From: Syntrophales bacterium
GTDB lineage: Bacteria > Desulfobacterota > Syntrophia > Syntrophales > UBA2210
Assembly (NCBI GenBank): GCA_963662405.2
Contig: CAXXKT010000001.1
Span: forward strand, 2,112,001 to 2,176,000
Length of the DNA stretch: 64,000 nt
Direction: 5' to 3'
Under the pieces are notes generated by a model. The model worked only from the letters and a program-made list of their open reading frames with translations. It had not been told where the DNA came from and made no database searches. Each line of letters starts with the position of its first letter. The stretch's first letter is position 1. Positions 19,018 through 28,858 of this stretch are shown here, one piece after another. A program made the position numbers and the translations under genes.

Positions 19018-20273
19018 AGCTGCAAGATATCGATGTAGCCGTGATAGGGGCCGGACCGGCGGGAATGGCCGCCGCGATCAGGGCCAGGGAAGCGGGGGCG
19101 GAGCGTGTTGTTCTGATGGAACGAGCGGAAGAGTTGGGGGGGCTCTTGCATCAGTGTGTGCACAACGGATTTGGCCTGCTCTATTTCAACGAGGATCTCA
19201 CCGGACCGGAATACGGGCATCGCTTTATCGAAAAGGTGATGGACACCGGCGTCACACCGCTCCTGGAAACGATGGTTGTCAGGCTTGGTGAGGACCGGCA
19301 GATCGGCGCGGTCAATACCCGAGAGGGATTTGTCAGCTTCAGGCCCAAGTCGGTCGTGCTGGCCATGGGGTGTCGGGAGCGGAGCCGAGGGGCGCTGAAT
19401 ATCCCCGGATCGAGGCCGGGCGGCGTGCTGACCGCCGGAACCGCCCAGCGGTTTGTTAACGTGGAAGGTTTTATCCCGGGAAAGAAGGTGGTGATTCTGG
19501 GTTCGGGTGATATCGGGATGATCATGGCCCGCCGCATGACCCTGGAGGGGGCTCGGGTGGAAGCAGTGGTCGAGATACTCCCCTACATCGGCGGTTTGAT
19601 CAGAAATGAGGTGCAGTGTATCCATGATTTTGACATACCTTTGTTTCTGAATCACACCGTTACACAGATCCATGGGGAAGAACGGGTCGAGGCCGTGACC
19701 GTGGCTCAGGTGAACGGTAACCGAGAGCCGATTGACGGAACCCGAAGAACCATAGAATGCGACACGCTTCTCCTGTCGGTCGGTCTTATTCCGGAAAACG
19801 AGCTGTCGATCATGGCGGGCGTACAATTAGATCCGGTAACCGGCGGGGCCCGTGTCGATGAGACGAGACAGACGACTATCCCCGGCGTCTTTGCCGGAGG
19901 GAATGTCCTGCATGTCCACGACCTTGTTGATAACGTTTCCTGGGAGAGTGAACTGGCGGGGGAGAGCGCCGCCCGGTTCGCCGTTGAAAAAAAACAGGAG
20001 ACGAGAGGTGGTGTCAGGGTTACGGCGGGGAGAAACATTAGATACGTTGTCCCCCAGACCATTACCGGACAGAAGGATGCTACCCTCTATATGAGGGTTT
20101 CAGAGCCGGAAGAGACGGTCAGGATCCGGATAGGCGACATTATGACCAAAGCGGTGAGAGCGGTTAAGCCCAGCGAGATGCTGAAGATTGAGCTTTCCGC
20201 CGAGAAGCTGAAGACGCTGGGTGAGGGAACACAGGAACTGGTCGTAGACTGTGAAAAGAGGGGAGGGAAATAA
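19014..20273 (+). CDS. FAD/NAD(P)-binding oxidoreductase partner subunit
   Basis: GAGPAG, LGGLLHQCVHNGFG, AMGCRER, GSGDIGMIMARR, GNVLHVHDLVD. Confidence 0.9.
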   Translation: MKLQDIDVAVIGAGPAGMAAAIRAREAGAERVVLMERAEELGGLLHQCVHNGFGLLYFNEDLTGPEYGHRFIEKVMDTGVTPLLETMVVRLGEDRQIGAVNTREGFVSFRPKSVVLAMGCRERSRGALNIPGSRPGGVLTAGTAQRFVNVEGFIPGKKVVILGSGDIGMIMARRMTLEGARVEAVVEILPYIGGLIRNEVQCIHDFDIPLFLNHTVTQIHGEERVEAVTVAQVNGNREPIDGTRRTIECDTLLLSVGLIPENELSIMAGVQLDPVTGGARVDETRQTTIPGVFAGGNVLHVHDLVDNVSWESELAGESAARFAVEKKQETRGGVRVTAGRNIRYVVPQTITGQKDATLYMRVSEPEETVRIRIGDIMTKAVRAVKPSEMLKIELSAEKLKTLGEGTQELVVDCEKRGGK

Positions 20274-20274
20274 G

Positions 20275-20643
20275 ATGGCACAGGAGAAGACATTCATCTG
20301 CATCGGTTGTCCCTTGGGGTGTGCGGTCACACTGACCATTGACGATGCCGGTGAAGTGCAGGAATTCGCCGGCAATAAGTGTAAGGAAGGGAAGAAGTAT
20401 GTCCTGGAAGAATATAAAAATCCGGTTCGTGCCCTGACGGCCACTGTTCTGACCGAAGGCAGTACCCAGCCTCTCTTGGCGGTCAGGACCAACAGGCCGA
20501 TCTTGAAGACGAAGCAGCTGCCCGGCATGCAGGTGATAGCCGGAGTGAGGGCGAAGCCTCCCCTGAAGATGGGTGATGTCGTCGTTTCCAATCTGCTCGG
20601 TACGGGTGTCGATGTTGTGGCGAGTGCCGATCTTTTGTCATAG
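20275..20643 (+). CDS. DUF1667 small CxxC/Fe-S subunit
   Basis: CIGCPLGC...GNKCKEG...NPVR; usual third gene of this trio. Confidence 0.85.
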   Translation: MAQEKTFICIGCPLGCAVTLTIDDAGEVQEFAGNKCKEGKKYVLEEYKNPVRALTATVLTEGSTQPLLAVRTNRPILKTKQLPGMQVIAGVRAKPPLKMGDVVVSNLLGTGVDVVASADLLS

Positions 20644-20779
20644 GTGCGCGGAGAGAATCCGGACCTGCGAAGGATATGCTGATAACAGAGAGGATGTCGG
20701 CACCGGGACCGATGTCCTGAACTGGTAATGATACGGAACACATGTGACAATCCCGATACGATGAGGGGGTAATGATCTC

Positions 20780-21232
20780 ATGGAAGAAGTAACTCTGGAA
20801 ATGGCTGAGAAGATGCTCGAGGCTGCCGAGCGGTGGGCGGCCCTCTCCGGTTTTCCGAGCAGTATCGCGGTCGTTGATAATGCGGGGGCGGTGATTGCCG
20901 TCCATCGGATGGATGGTGCCGGACCGATGACCACCGATATTTCGATCAATAAGGCCTTTTCAGCCGTGTATTCGACTGCGCCTACCCTGATGCTGGCTCG
21001 GATGATCGACCCACGTATGGCAGGTGAAATACCCGGCAGCGGGGGGCTGGGGCTCCTGACTCAGGCGAAGCTTCGCCTAATGTTCATACCCGGCGGCAAT
21101 CCGATCAGGGATGAGGAGATGGGAGTAATCGGTGGCATCGGTTGTAGCGGTGTCCCTGACGGCGTTGGTGAGATAAGCGATACCACCGTTGTGCAGGCCG
21201 GATACGCTGCCATTTACGAAGAACACGATTAG
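20780..21232 (+). CDS. GlcG/HbpS-family heme-binding protein
   Basis: IAVVDNAG, RMDGA, NKAFSA, PGGNPI, IGGIGCSG. Confidence 0.88.
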   Translation: MEEVTLEMAEKMLEAAERWAALSGFPSSIAVVDNAGAVIAVHRMDGAGPMTTDISINKAFSAVYSTAPTLMLARMIDPRMAGEIPGSGGLGLLTQAKLRLMFIPGGNPIRDEEMGVIGGIGCSGVPDGVGEISDTTVVQAGYAAIYEEHD

Positions 21233-21268
21233 CCAAGTGAAAAGCGAGATACCGAGGGGGCCAGTACT

Positions 21269-21682
21269 ATGGTGATGAATATAGCGTTAGCCAAAAAGAT
21301 AATTAAGACCGCGATACGGCAAGCCCGGGAGATGGACAAGCTGTGCAGCGTTGCCGTTGTTGATGACAGGGGATTTCTCGTTGCCCTCCACCGAATGGAT
21401 CATGCCCCGATACCGACCGTTGATATCGCCCGGGATAAGGCATGGACGGCATCCACTTTCAGGATGCCGAGTTCTGATATCGGGCAGTTCGGTGACCCGA
21501 AGGCACCGGGGTTCGGATTCAATACCCAGAACTGGAATGATCGAATCACAACCATCCCCGGCGGGCTGCCGATCACGGATGGCGATCAGGTGATCGGGGG
21601 GGTCGGAGTCAGCGGGGGAACACCCGAAGAGGATGTGGCCGTGTGCCGGGCGGCCCTCGCTACGGCCTTCGCATCGGAGTGA
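21269..21682 (+). CDS. GlcG/HbpS-family heme-binding protein
   Basis: VAVVDDRG, RMDHA, KAWTA, GGLPI, GGVGVSGG...ED. Confidence 0.9.
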   Translation: MVMNIALAKKIIKTAIRQAREMDKLCSVAVVDDRGFLVALHRMDHAPIPTVDIARDKAWTASTFRMPSSDIGQFGDPKAPGFGFNTQNWNDRITTIPGGLPITDGDQVIGGVGVSGGTPEEDVAVCRAALATAFASE

Positions 21683-21842
21683 TCAGGGAAACCGATCCCC
21701 CTGATGCCCCTCTTCAATATGAGCATGAATAATGGAGGAGAAAAGGCTTTTCCTTCTCCTTGTGTACCATCTCGCTGCAGAGGGAACGGGATTCATGCGA
21801 TTGGAGGATTTCCGATGGGGGTGGGATTTTTCCTGTCGTACA

Positions 21843-22085
21843 CTAGAGGGGCTCTTTTGAGCCCCTTTTTCCGAATAGATACCGTATCAGTCGTCCGACG
21901 ATGACAAGACCGAAAAAGATCCCGACGCCGATGGCTATCGGTATCGCTATCACGATGCTTACATGGAACAAAAAAATCGTCAGGGGAATAACGATAAGGA
22001 TTAACAAAACGGTCACGAACCCGATTAAAAAATCAATCAACATGAGTTGCCTCCTGAACAAAAGGGTGCCAGGGATTTTTGTCAT
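21843..22085 (-). CDS. Small two-helix membrane protein, hypothetical
   Basis: Two long hydrophobic stretches and basic tail; start uncertain. Confidence 0.5.
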   Translation of the reverse strand: MTKIPGTLLFRRQLMLIDFLIGFVTVLLILIVIPLTIFLFHVSIVIAIPIAIGVGIFFGLVIVGRLIRYLFGKRGSKEPL

Positions 22086-22136
22086 TGTTGCCAAGGCGCC
22101 CCCCCCCATACTCCTGTAAAAGGGGGGCAGATGGAA

Positions 22137-22532
22137 TCATCGTACCTCGCGTTTTTTCAGCCAACGGTCCAGTTTCTTGAAGGCCTCTTCGACCGCTTCG
22201 AGCATCAGATCAAGTTTGATCGGTTTTGTAAAGAAGTCGTCAAATCCCGCTTCTCTGCACTCCTCGATCTCGAAAAGACCCGCCCAACCTGTTATTGCGT
22301 AAATAATCGCAATAGGGTTCTTGCTGCGTATCTGACGGCACAGTTGTATCCCGTCCATGCCGAAGAGCTTGAGGTCGAAGAACATGACCATGATGTTCTC
22401 ATCATCCAGGATGCTGAGCGCCTCTTCCGCATTTGTCGCCAGTGATACCGTGTAGCCGGCATCAGAAAAAAAATCGCGGAACAGAGTCCGGATGGATGAT
22501 TCATCATCCACAATCAGTATCTGTTTCTTCAT
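22137..22532 (-). CDS. Stand-alone response regulator receiver
   Basis: ILIVDDE, FDLKL, DG, AITG, GFDDFFTKP. Confidence 0.92.
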   Translation of the reverse strand: MKKQILIVDDESSIRTLFRDFFSDAGYTVSLATNAEEALSILDDENIMVMFFDLKLFGMDGIQLCRQIRSKNPIAIIYAITGWAGLFEIEECREAGFDDFFTKPIKLDLMLEAVEEAFKKLDRWLKKREVR

Positions 22533-22776
22533 CTTCGAACCTTTCGACCATTGTGGATCATAGACAGCATGTTTTATGCAATAGTTATCTTCAAAAAGCG
22601 CCGCACCATATTTCAAGAGTAAGTCCGACAGCGTGGTTGAGAAGACAACCCCCGGTGAAACTCCTTATGGGGAACGGCATACCTCCCTTCGCTGACGGTA
22701 TCTCATAGCAGGACATGGAAGGGCACCGATGGCGAATGATCTCACGCTGTAATTTCAGCTAGATGCAATACGATTG

Positions 22777-24777
22777 TTATCCATAGGTCTCTCCCGTGGA
22801 AGGATTTGCCTCCTTTCCCATAATCGTTTTAATCTTTTCCGACAGATCCTGCAGGGCATAGGGTTTTTGGATAAAACCGTCCGCTCCCCGATCCAGAATC
22901 TCGTTTGCCTGGGTATCGATATCATACCCGCTCGAGAGAAGAACCTTGACATTCGGATTGAGTTTTTTAAGCCGGTCATACGTCTCTCTTCCGCTCATGC
23001 CCGGCATCACGATATCGAGAAAAACCATATCGATCGAGCCGGTGTCCCTTTTGAAAAGGTCGATCGCATCCACGCCGTTCCGTGCCTTGATTGTGGTATA
23101 CCCCAGTGAACCGAGCAGCTGCGCGCCGACATCCAACACCATCTCTTCGTCATCGATGAGGAGAATCGTTCCGGTACCTCGTTCAGCGGTGCTTTCGCTT
23201 CGTTCAACAATCTCTTCACCCGTACCTTCCGCTGCAGGAAGGTAGAGAAAAAAGGTGGTTCCCTTTCCTTTTTGGGACTCTACGTCGATGTATCCGTCGT
23301 GGTTTTTGATAATACCGTATGCCGAGGACAGCCCAAGCCCCGCGCTTTTGCCGAGCCCTTTGGTCGAAAAGAAGGGATCAAAAATGCAAGACATGGTTTT
23401 CCTGTCCATCCCGGCTCCCGTATCTCGTATTGAGAAGAGAACGTACCGGCCGGGGCGCACGGTAAAGGGCTTAACGCCGATATCACGGTGGCTGATGTTG
23501 GCTGTATGTATGAACAATTCGCCGCCTTCCGGCATGGCCTCGGCGGCATTGATATGGAGATTGAGCAGCACCTGTTCTATCTGGTTCCGATCAGCCCTGG
23601 TCTCCGCGAGATCCCTCGTGAGGTCCTGATGGACAATGATATCTTTGTGTGTCATACTGAAGACCTCGCAGGTTTCCTCTGTCAGTCTGTTCAGGTTGAG
23701 GGCTTTGACCTCATATTTTCCCCCCCGTGCATACCCGAGAAGCTGACCGGTCAGCTTTGCCCCGTTTTGGGCTGCCTGCTTAATGTTTCTGAGATATTTG
23801 GAGCCGGCATGATCAGGGGTGGTCTCCAGGGACATGAGAGAGACGTTTCCCGTGATCGCCATCAGCAGATTATTAAAGTTATGGGCAATACCACCGGCGA
23901 GAGTCCCGATCGCCTCCATCTTCTTCGCCTGCTGGAGTTGGGATTCGAGTTTCTTCTTCTCCGTCGTATCGGTAATGCTGAAGCGGAGCCCGATAAGCTG
24001 CTCATCTCTGTAAATGGGGGCCCCGTCTGTGAGACCGATGATCTCGGAGCCGTCTTTCTTCAGGAGACGGTATTCCTCGGGACCATGCCTTCCCCCTGAT
24101 GAAATCTGTGTGATGCGCCTCAAGGCGATCGCAAGGTCATCGGGGTGGATCAGATCTGTTATGAGCAGTCCGGCATCGAGATCCACCTTAGAATAACCGA
24201 ATGTCTCAAATCCCACCCGGTTGGCGTATGTAATTCGGTTATCCGGATCTACTTCACACACGATGGTCGGCAGGAGGTCAGCCATTTCTCTGAACCGACG
24301 TTCGCTCTGTTTCAATTCCTCTTCTGCCTGTTTCCGTTCGGTGATATCGTACGCAGTGATCTGAACCCCTTTTACGTTTCCTCCTTCATCCTTGACCGGG
24401 TAAACAGTTGATGAGACCCACGTTCTGCCGATGGGAAGGTCAAAAAGATCTTCGAAGGTGGCACCCCGTCCACGATCCATCACCTGGTTGATTCTTTTTA
24501 TGTGAAGATCAAAGGTCCCGGGCAATACCTCGTGCCAGGATTTTCCCGTAAGGTCTCTCTTCGTCCCCCCGAAGATTCTTGCCCCCCGTCTGTTGAGGAG
24601 AAGAAGCTTTCCCTCGGTATCGTAGTAGAATACGGCGGCACCGCTATTTTCAAAGAGCAACCGGTAGCGTTTCTCGCTTTCGCCCAGTGCCTCCTCTGCC
24701 TGCCGACGCTTGGCCGATTCTTTCTCTAATTGATTGACAAGGGTTTCCAGTTCTTCGTAGGTCGGTTTTAGGGTCAT
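22777..24777 (-). CDS. PAS-PAS hybrid histidine kinase/response regulator
   Basis: Two PAS domains, LAGGIAHNFNN H-box, DTGAG, FFSTK, GLGLS, C-terminal receiver. Confidence 0.94.
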   Translation of the reverse strand: MTLKPTYEELETLVNQLEKESAKRRQAEEALGESEKRYRLLFENSGAAVFYYDTEGKLLLLNRRGARIFGGTKRDLTGKSWHEVLPGTFDLHIKRINQVMDRGRGATFEDLFDLPIGRTWVSSTVYPVKDEGGNVKGVQITAYDITERKQAEEELKQSERRFREMADLLPTIVCEVDPDNRITYANRVGFETFGYSKVDLDAGLLITDLIHPDDLAIALRRITQISSGGRHGPEEYRLLKKDGSEIIGLTDGAPIYRDEQLIGLRFSITDTTEKKKLESQLQQAKKMEAIGTLAGGIAHNFNNLLMAITGNVSLMSLETTPDHAGSKYLRNIKQAAQNGAKLTGQLLGYARGGKYEVKALNLNRLTEETCEVFSMTHKDIIVHQDLTRDLAETRADRNQIEQVLLNLHINAAEAMPEGGELFIHTANISHRDIGVKPFTVRPGRYVLFSIRDTGAGMDRKTMSCIFDPFFSTKGLGKSAGLGLSSAYGIIKNHDGYIDVESQKGKGTTFFLYLPAAEGTGEEIVERSESTAERGTGTILLIDDEEMVLDVGAQLLGSLGYTTIKARNGVDAIDLFKRDTGSIDMVFLDIVMPGMSGRETYDRLKKLNPNVKVLLSSGYDIDTQANEILDRGADGFIQKPYALQDLSEKIKTIMGKEANPSTGETYG

Positions 24778-25036
24778 GACGCAGAAATCCCTCCGGCACT
24801 GTAGGCCTTTTCTTGAATCATGTTTTCTTGATCAGTATCGAGCATTGTCTCATCCTCTGCAAAACGGACCGGGTATACCTCACTCAACGCACCGTGCTAT
24901 AACAATTGCCGAGGACAAAATCTGTTTTTCTCCGGATTCTACATAATGCTCTGGATCTCTGGATGATTGAGGTGCGATCAGGCAGCCTCGGCGTATGCCT
25001 GCGGGGCCATGCGAATCCCCGATAAATGGATGATTT

Positions 25037-25052
25037 AGCAACGGCCACGCCA
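25037..25052 (-). promoter_or_regulatory. Putative sigma54 (-24/-12) promoter upstream of the kinase
   Basis: TGGCGT-N5-TTGCT on minus strand. Confidence 0.55.
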
Positions 25053-25281
25053 AACCGCCATGTCACCGAACACCTGGCCCGCGAGAGTGTTCGGGTAATG
25101 TCTCCATACTTGCAAGCATTCCTCATTGCAAGGGAAAGTAATACAGTCGCAACGGGATTACCCTTAATTCGATTACCGATTATACTGAAGGTTACGCTTC
25201 GTATAAGAAGAAAAAAATGAAAAATCAAGGAAAATATCAGGAGCTCTAGCCTTCTTCGCGAGTGCTAACGCCCATTTCACT

Positions 25282-25634
25282 CATGGTAATTCACGAGGGG
25301 GGGTGTCGTGTGGCCTGTGTCCGGATAGCTCATCTGCTTCCCGGAGTCTGAGTCCGGATTGGTTCCGAGTACGGAACCGTATGGTTCTCCTTGGCGTTGG
25401 CGATCAGATCAGACGGACCGGAGAGGACCCCTTCGCCTTATCGGAACTGGCGATGTCTTCATCCTGAAAACGAGGGGGGAACGGTTTCCCGATACCATTG
25501 CATCGGTATTCCGTGCCACCTGTCGTGGGGAGTTAGCCTTGTGCACCCAGGGGCTCTCTCGAACTCGTTGCGGGCTCAGGTGCCGCCCTTTGTTACCGTA
25601 TGGCAGGCAGCACCCCTCCTCGCCGGTTACAATG
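25282..25634. ncRNA. Candidate ~350-nt structured non-coding RNA
   Basis: Ends pair in a long closing helix; several internal hairpins; no credible ORF. Confidence 0.35.
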
Positions 25635-25654
25635 GACACATTTGCAAAGAGCCA

Positions 25655-25687
25655 TAAAAACAAACCGCTTCCCGCGGAAAAACGGCT
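25655..25687 (-). terminator. Terminator-like expression platform after the riboswitch
   Basis: AGCCGTTTTT-CCGCG-GGAAGCGGTT followed by TGTTTTT on minus strand. Confidence 0.65.
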
Positions 25688-25696
25688 GATGGCACG

Positions 25697-25787
25697 GTAC
25701 CTTGCAACCCCGCTGTCGTATCTGCTCATGCAGACGTAAACCGGTGGTTTTGCGTCCCAACCTTTCGGAAGGTTTGCCCTTCGGTAA
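25697..25787 (-). promoter_or_regulatory. c-di-GMP-I (GEMM) riboswitch
   Basis: AGGGCAAACC-TTCC-GAAA-GGTT-GGGACGCAAAACCACCGG-TTTACG...GACAGCGGGGTTGC closely follows the Vc2-type consensus; G20/A47/C92 equivalents kept. Confidence 0.9.
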
Positions 25788-25811
25788 CAAAAATCTCTTT
25801 CTTGATATTTT

Positions 25812-25838
25812 CTATCGGTAGTGAGATCTCAAACTTTA
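25812..25838 (-). promoter_or_regulatory. sigma28 (FliA)-type promoter upstream of the riboswitch
   Basis: TAAAGTTT-N11-ACCGATAG vs consensus TAAAGTTT-N11-GCCGATAA. Confidence 0.75.
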
Positions 25839-25980
25839 AGAAAAAATCCGATAGAATGACGATGCATTGTTCCCCCGGATCGTTGGGAAAGCGAACCCGA
25901 ACGTGAGATACGGTAAGGTCAGCTAGGTAAGATCGAGGGTCTCCCGGATTCCATGAATTCTGGAGATCCCATATCGGGGA

Positions 25981-26018
25981 GTTGACGGGATGTCCATGGC
26001 GAATGACATCCCGTCAAC
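25981..26018. terminator. 14-bp perfect hairpin downstream of MCP gene
   Basis: GTTGACGGGATGTC/GACATCCCGTCAAC; no clear U-tract. Confidence 0.45.
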
Positions 26019-26087
26019 GATATGTCCGACAGGAACCGAGAATATGAGCACCGAACACCTCACAACGTTCCTGCGTGATAGATACAC

Positions 26088-27566
26088 CTACGAGGCCGTG
26101 TGTTCGGGAATCATATTCCAATCGTTGGATTGCTCAGCTATTCGACTGTTCGCCGGATTTTTACCAAGACGAACGCCACGCTTTTCCTTCTCTCTTATGG
26201 TGCCGCTGAAGTCATGCTGATTCCCACCGATAGTGACACCCTTCCCATGGGTGCCGCCGACGAGGGCGATCAGTTCGACCACCATTTTTTTCATACTGGT
26301 TGCCTGCGCTTTCATTTCATTGGAGGTGCCGGCCGACTCCTCCGCATTCGCGGCATTCTGCTGTACTCCCTTCTCCATCTCCGCCATGCCTTTGTTGATT
26401 TCTTCGATCCCTTGGGCTTGTTCATTCGATGCCTGAGAAATTTCACTGATCAGGCAGCCCACTTTCTCCGAAGAATCGGCGACGGCCTTGAATCCGGCCT
26501 TGCTTCTGTCCACCAGTTCCGTTCCTTCCTTGATCCGCTTTATCGTGTCTTCCACGAGGTCTTGAGTGCTCTTTGCCGCTCCCGCGGCCCTCATGGCAAG
26601 GTTGCGTACCTCGTCGGCAACCACGGCAAATCCGGCTCCGGCCTCTCCCGCACGGGCCGCTTCAACGGCGGCGTTCAGGGCCAGGAGGTTTGTCTGGAAG
26701 GCGATCTCATCGATGGACTTGACAATTTTACTGATCTCCTGACCGGCATCGGAAATCTTTGACATGGCCTTCTCCATCTTGTCCATGTCTTCCCCGGCGG
26801 TATCCACGGATTGGTTTCCCTCCTTCATCAGGGCATCGGCTTGCTCCGCATTATCGGCGGTGGCCTTGGTCATGGAGGACATCTCCTCCAGGGAAGAGGC
26901 TATTTCCTCGAGATTGGCAGCCTGTTCGGATGACGCTTCGGCCAGGAGCTGGCCTGTCGCCGACATCTCGTTTGATGCAGAGGCGACCTGATCTGCTGAC
27001 GCGTCCAACCGATTGCTGAGAAGGTCGATCGGTTTGATTGCCAGTTGTTTGATCAGGAGGATCAAGGCAATTACGATAATAAGGTTGAGAGCCACGGCAC
27101 CCAGGATCAGCTTGATAATGAAAGTCGTCAGGGCCGCCTCCATATACTTCTTTGTCATAAAGACCTCGACCGAACCGAGCGGTGTTTCTTCTCGGGCAAG
27201 ATCAACCTTTTTCGTCACAAGGCCACTGGATGGGATCCCGTCCAGCTCGACGATTTTCCCGGAACCGTCGCGTTGCCTGCCGTGAGTCACTTTTCCCCCG
27301 TCGGCGTCGTTGATCACGATGGCAAAGATGCGTTTGTCTTCCATCTCCGATGCGAGCATCTCATAAATGAGTGCGTCGTTCATATTCCACAGCGGCTCGA
27401 TCAGGTTGATCGACAGACGGCTGATGGCCATCTTTGCCGAGCCTTCGAGCTCACCGAGCAGTGACGATTTGGTCTGCAGGTACCCGTACAGGCCAAAGAG
27501 GATCACAACGAGTGTGGTCACCGCAATTACGCCCATACTGACCCGTTTTGTCAGATTTCCGTGCAT
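26088..27566 (-). CDS. Methyl-accepting chemotaxis protein
   Basis: Two TM helices; [37 protein letters not shown]. Confidence 0.95.
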   Translation of the reverse strand: MHGNLTKRVSMGVIAVTTLVVILFGLYGYLQTKSSLLGELEGSAKMAISRLSINLIEPLWNMNDALIYEMLASEMEDKRIFAIVINDADGGKVTHGRQRDGSGKIVELDGIPSSGLVTKKVDLAREETPLGSVEVFMTKKYMEAALTTFIIKLILGAVALNLIIVIALILLIKQLAIKPIDLLSNRLDASADQVASASNEMSATGQLLAEASSEQAANLEEIASSLEEMSSMTKATADNAEQADALMKEGNQSVDTAGEDMDKMEKAMSKISDAGQEISKIVKSIDEIAFQTNLLALNAAVEAARAGEAGAGFAVVADEVRNLAMRAAGAAKSTQDLVEDTIKRIKEGTELVDRSKAGFKAVADSSEKVGCLISEISQASNEQAQGIEEINKGMAEMEKGVQQNAANAEESAGTSNEMKAQATSMKKMVVELIALVGGTHGKGVTIGGNQHDFSGTIREKEKRGVRLGKNPANSRIAEQSNDWNMIPEHTAS

Positions 27567-27667
27567 ATCACCGTACCTCCCCCATCGATTCTTTAAACAT
27601 TATTGAAAACTTTTTGTGGCCGCGCCCCATGAGAGTTGCCGGGCGCGGCCTGTTGTTTCTTTTCTGT

Positions 27668-28411
27668 TTATTTGTCCGGTTTGGGAGCTGGAACGCCGAC
27701 CACCTTCTCGTAGGTTCCGTCATCCATCCTTGCCTTCATCGTGGCGGCTATCTTGTCCGCCAATGCCGCATGCTTCTTGTTTAGCCACGTGTAGAGGTTC
27801 ACCAGGAGCAGGGGCTTTTTTACCATGGTGATCTTGTCCTCGATCCCCAGATTCTTCATGTGATAGAAGGCACGTGATTTGTCGGATACGACAACGTCAG
27901 CACGTCCGGCGGCCAGCATCTTGAATGCCTGCTCATAGGATGCTACCATCGTAATTTTATCCTTCGGTATTAAGGGCATAATAACCTTTTCCATAATGGT
28001 TTCCCCCCTGAGAAGGATGACCTGGTGTGACGAGAGACTCTTCAATCCGTCGATCTGAATGGTCGGATTGTTGGAAAATGCGTACAGGGGATAGTACGAT
28101 GTCGGACAATCTACCCTAACCAGATTCGGATATTTAGCTTGGTCTATCTCGCTCTGTCGAAGGAAATCTCCGTCTGTTTGCCCCGTGTTGGCAGCCTCAA
28201 GCGAGCGAAGCGCAGGCATTGTCTTGACAGTGAGATCATAACCGTGTGTCTTGAAGACTTCTTCCAGAAAGGCGACGCGAACCTTCACCAGGGGAGTATC
28301 GGTGTTTGCAATGGTTCCCAGAACGAACTCCTTGGCGATGACGGGTGAACTGAACAGAACGAGACACGAAACAACAAACAGGATTGCCACTACAGTAATA
28401 CGTTTTTTCAT
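27668..28411 (-). CDS. Periplasmic substrate-binding protein (family 3-like)
   Basis: Signal peptide; PALRSL...GQTDGD, MLAAGRADVVV, DGTYEK. Confidence 0.85.
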   Translation of the reverse strand: MKKRITVVAILFVVSCLVLFSSPVIAKEFVLGTIANTDTPLVKVRVAFLEEVFKTHGYDLTVKTMPALRSLEAANTGQTDGDFLRQSEIDQAKYPNLVRVDCPTSYYPLYAFSNNPTIQIDGLKSLSSHQVILLRGETIMEKVIMPLIPKDKITMVASYEQAFKMLAAGRADVVVSDKSRAFYHMKNLGIEDKITMVKKPLLLVNLYTWLNKKHAALADKIAATMKARMDDGTYEKVVGVPAPKPDK

Positions 28412-28442
28412 CGAAACCCTCCTAAGCTGATTTTGACCCTCA

Positions 28443-28476
28443 TTTCGGACGTTGCATTGGTTTTCTTTAGTGCATA
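28443..28476 (-). repeat. 34-bp promoter repeat copy 1 (sigma28-like)
   Basis: TTTCGGACGTTGCATTGGTTTTCTTTAGTGCATA identical to 31441-31474; minus strand TAAAGAAA-N12-TCCGAAA. Confidence 0.8.
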
Positions 28477-28858
28477 ATTTTGAGTGTGATATGTTTTATG
28501 AAGATATTTAATTATACAACTGAATGCTCAATTTCAGTTGCGTCATACGGATGTCGCCACCGGGACGTAGAATCCTCCGCTCGGTTCCTTCCTATCGAAC
28601 CGGACAGAGAGGGGGCGGTGTTTCCCTGGTGTGTACCCGATCTGTGTGGCCGGACCATCAACAATCAGGTAGACAAGGCCGATCAGTGGTATGGAGGCGA
28701 TCAACTACGGTCAGATCACGTCTGTTTCTCGGACCCCCGCGGAAAAAGGAAAAGTATTCTGTGGAGTACGGATACGGACTCGAGATAAAACAAAGGTACG
28801 GTCGAGGCATACGAGAAGCGGTGCCTCCGCTCCCCGCATGCCTCTTTTCGTTAATCTG

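Noticed and set aside
22628..22750. 8-bp inverted repeat ACAGCGTG/CACGCTGT around a ~120-bp intergenic stretch
   Set aside because: Too short, single copy, no flanking duplication; cannot support a MITE or RNA call.
25370..25392. Resemblance to group II intron domain V (TACGGTTC)
   Set aside because: The rest of domain V, intron ends and an RT ORF are absent.
25359..25790. Several 65-126 aa ORFs in the riboswitch gap
   Set aside because: No domain-like features, weak starts, mutually overlapping and running through the aptamer.
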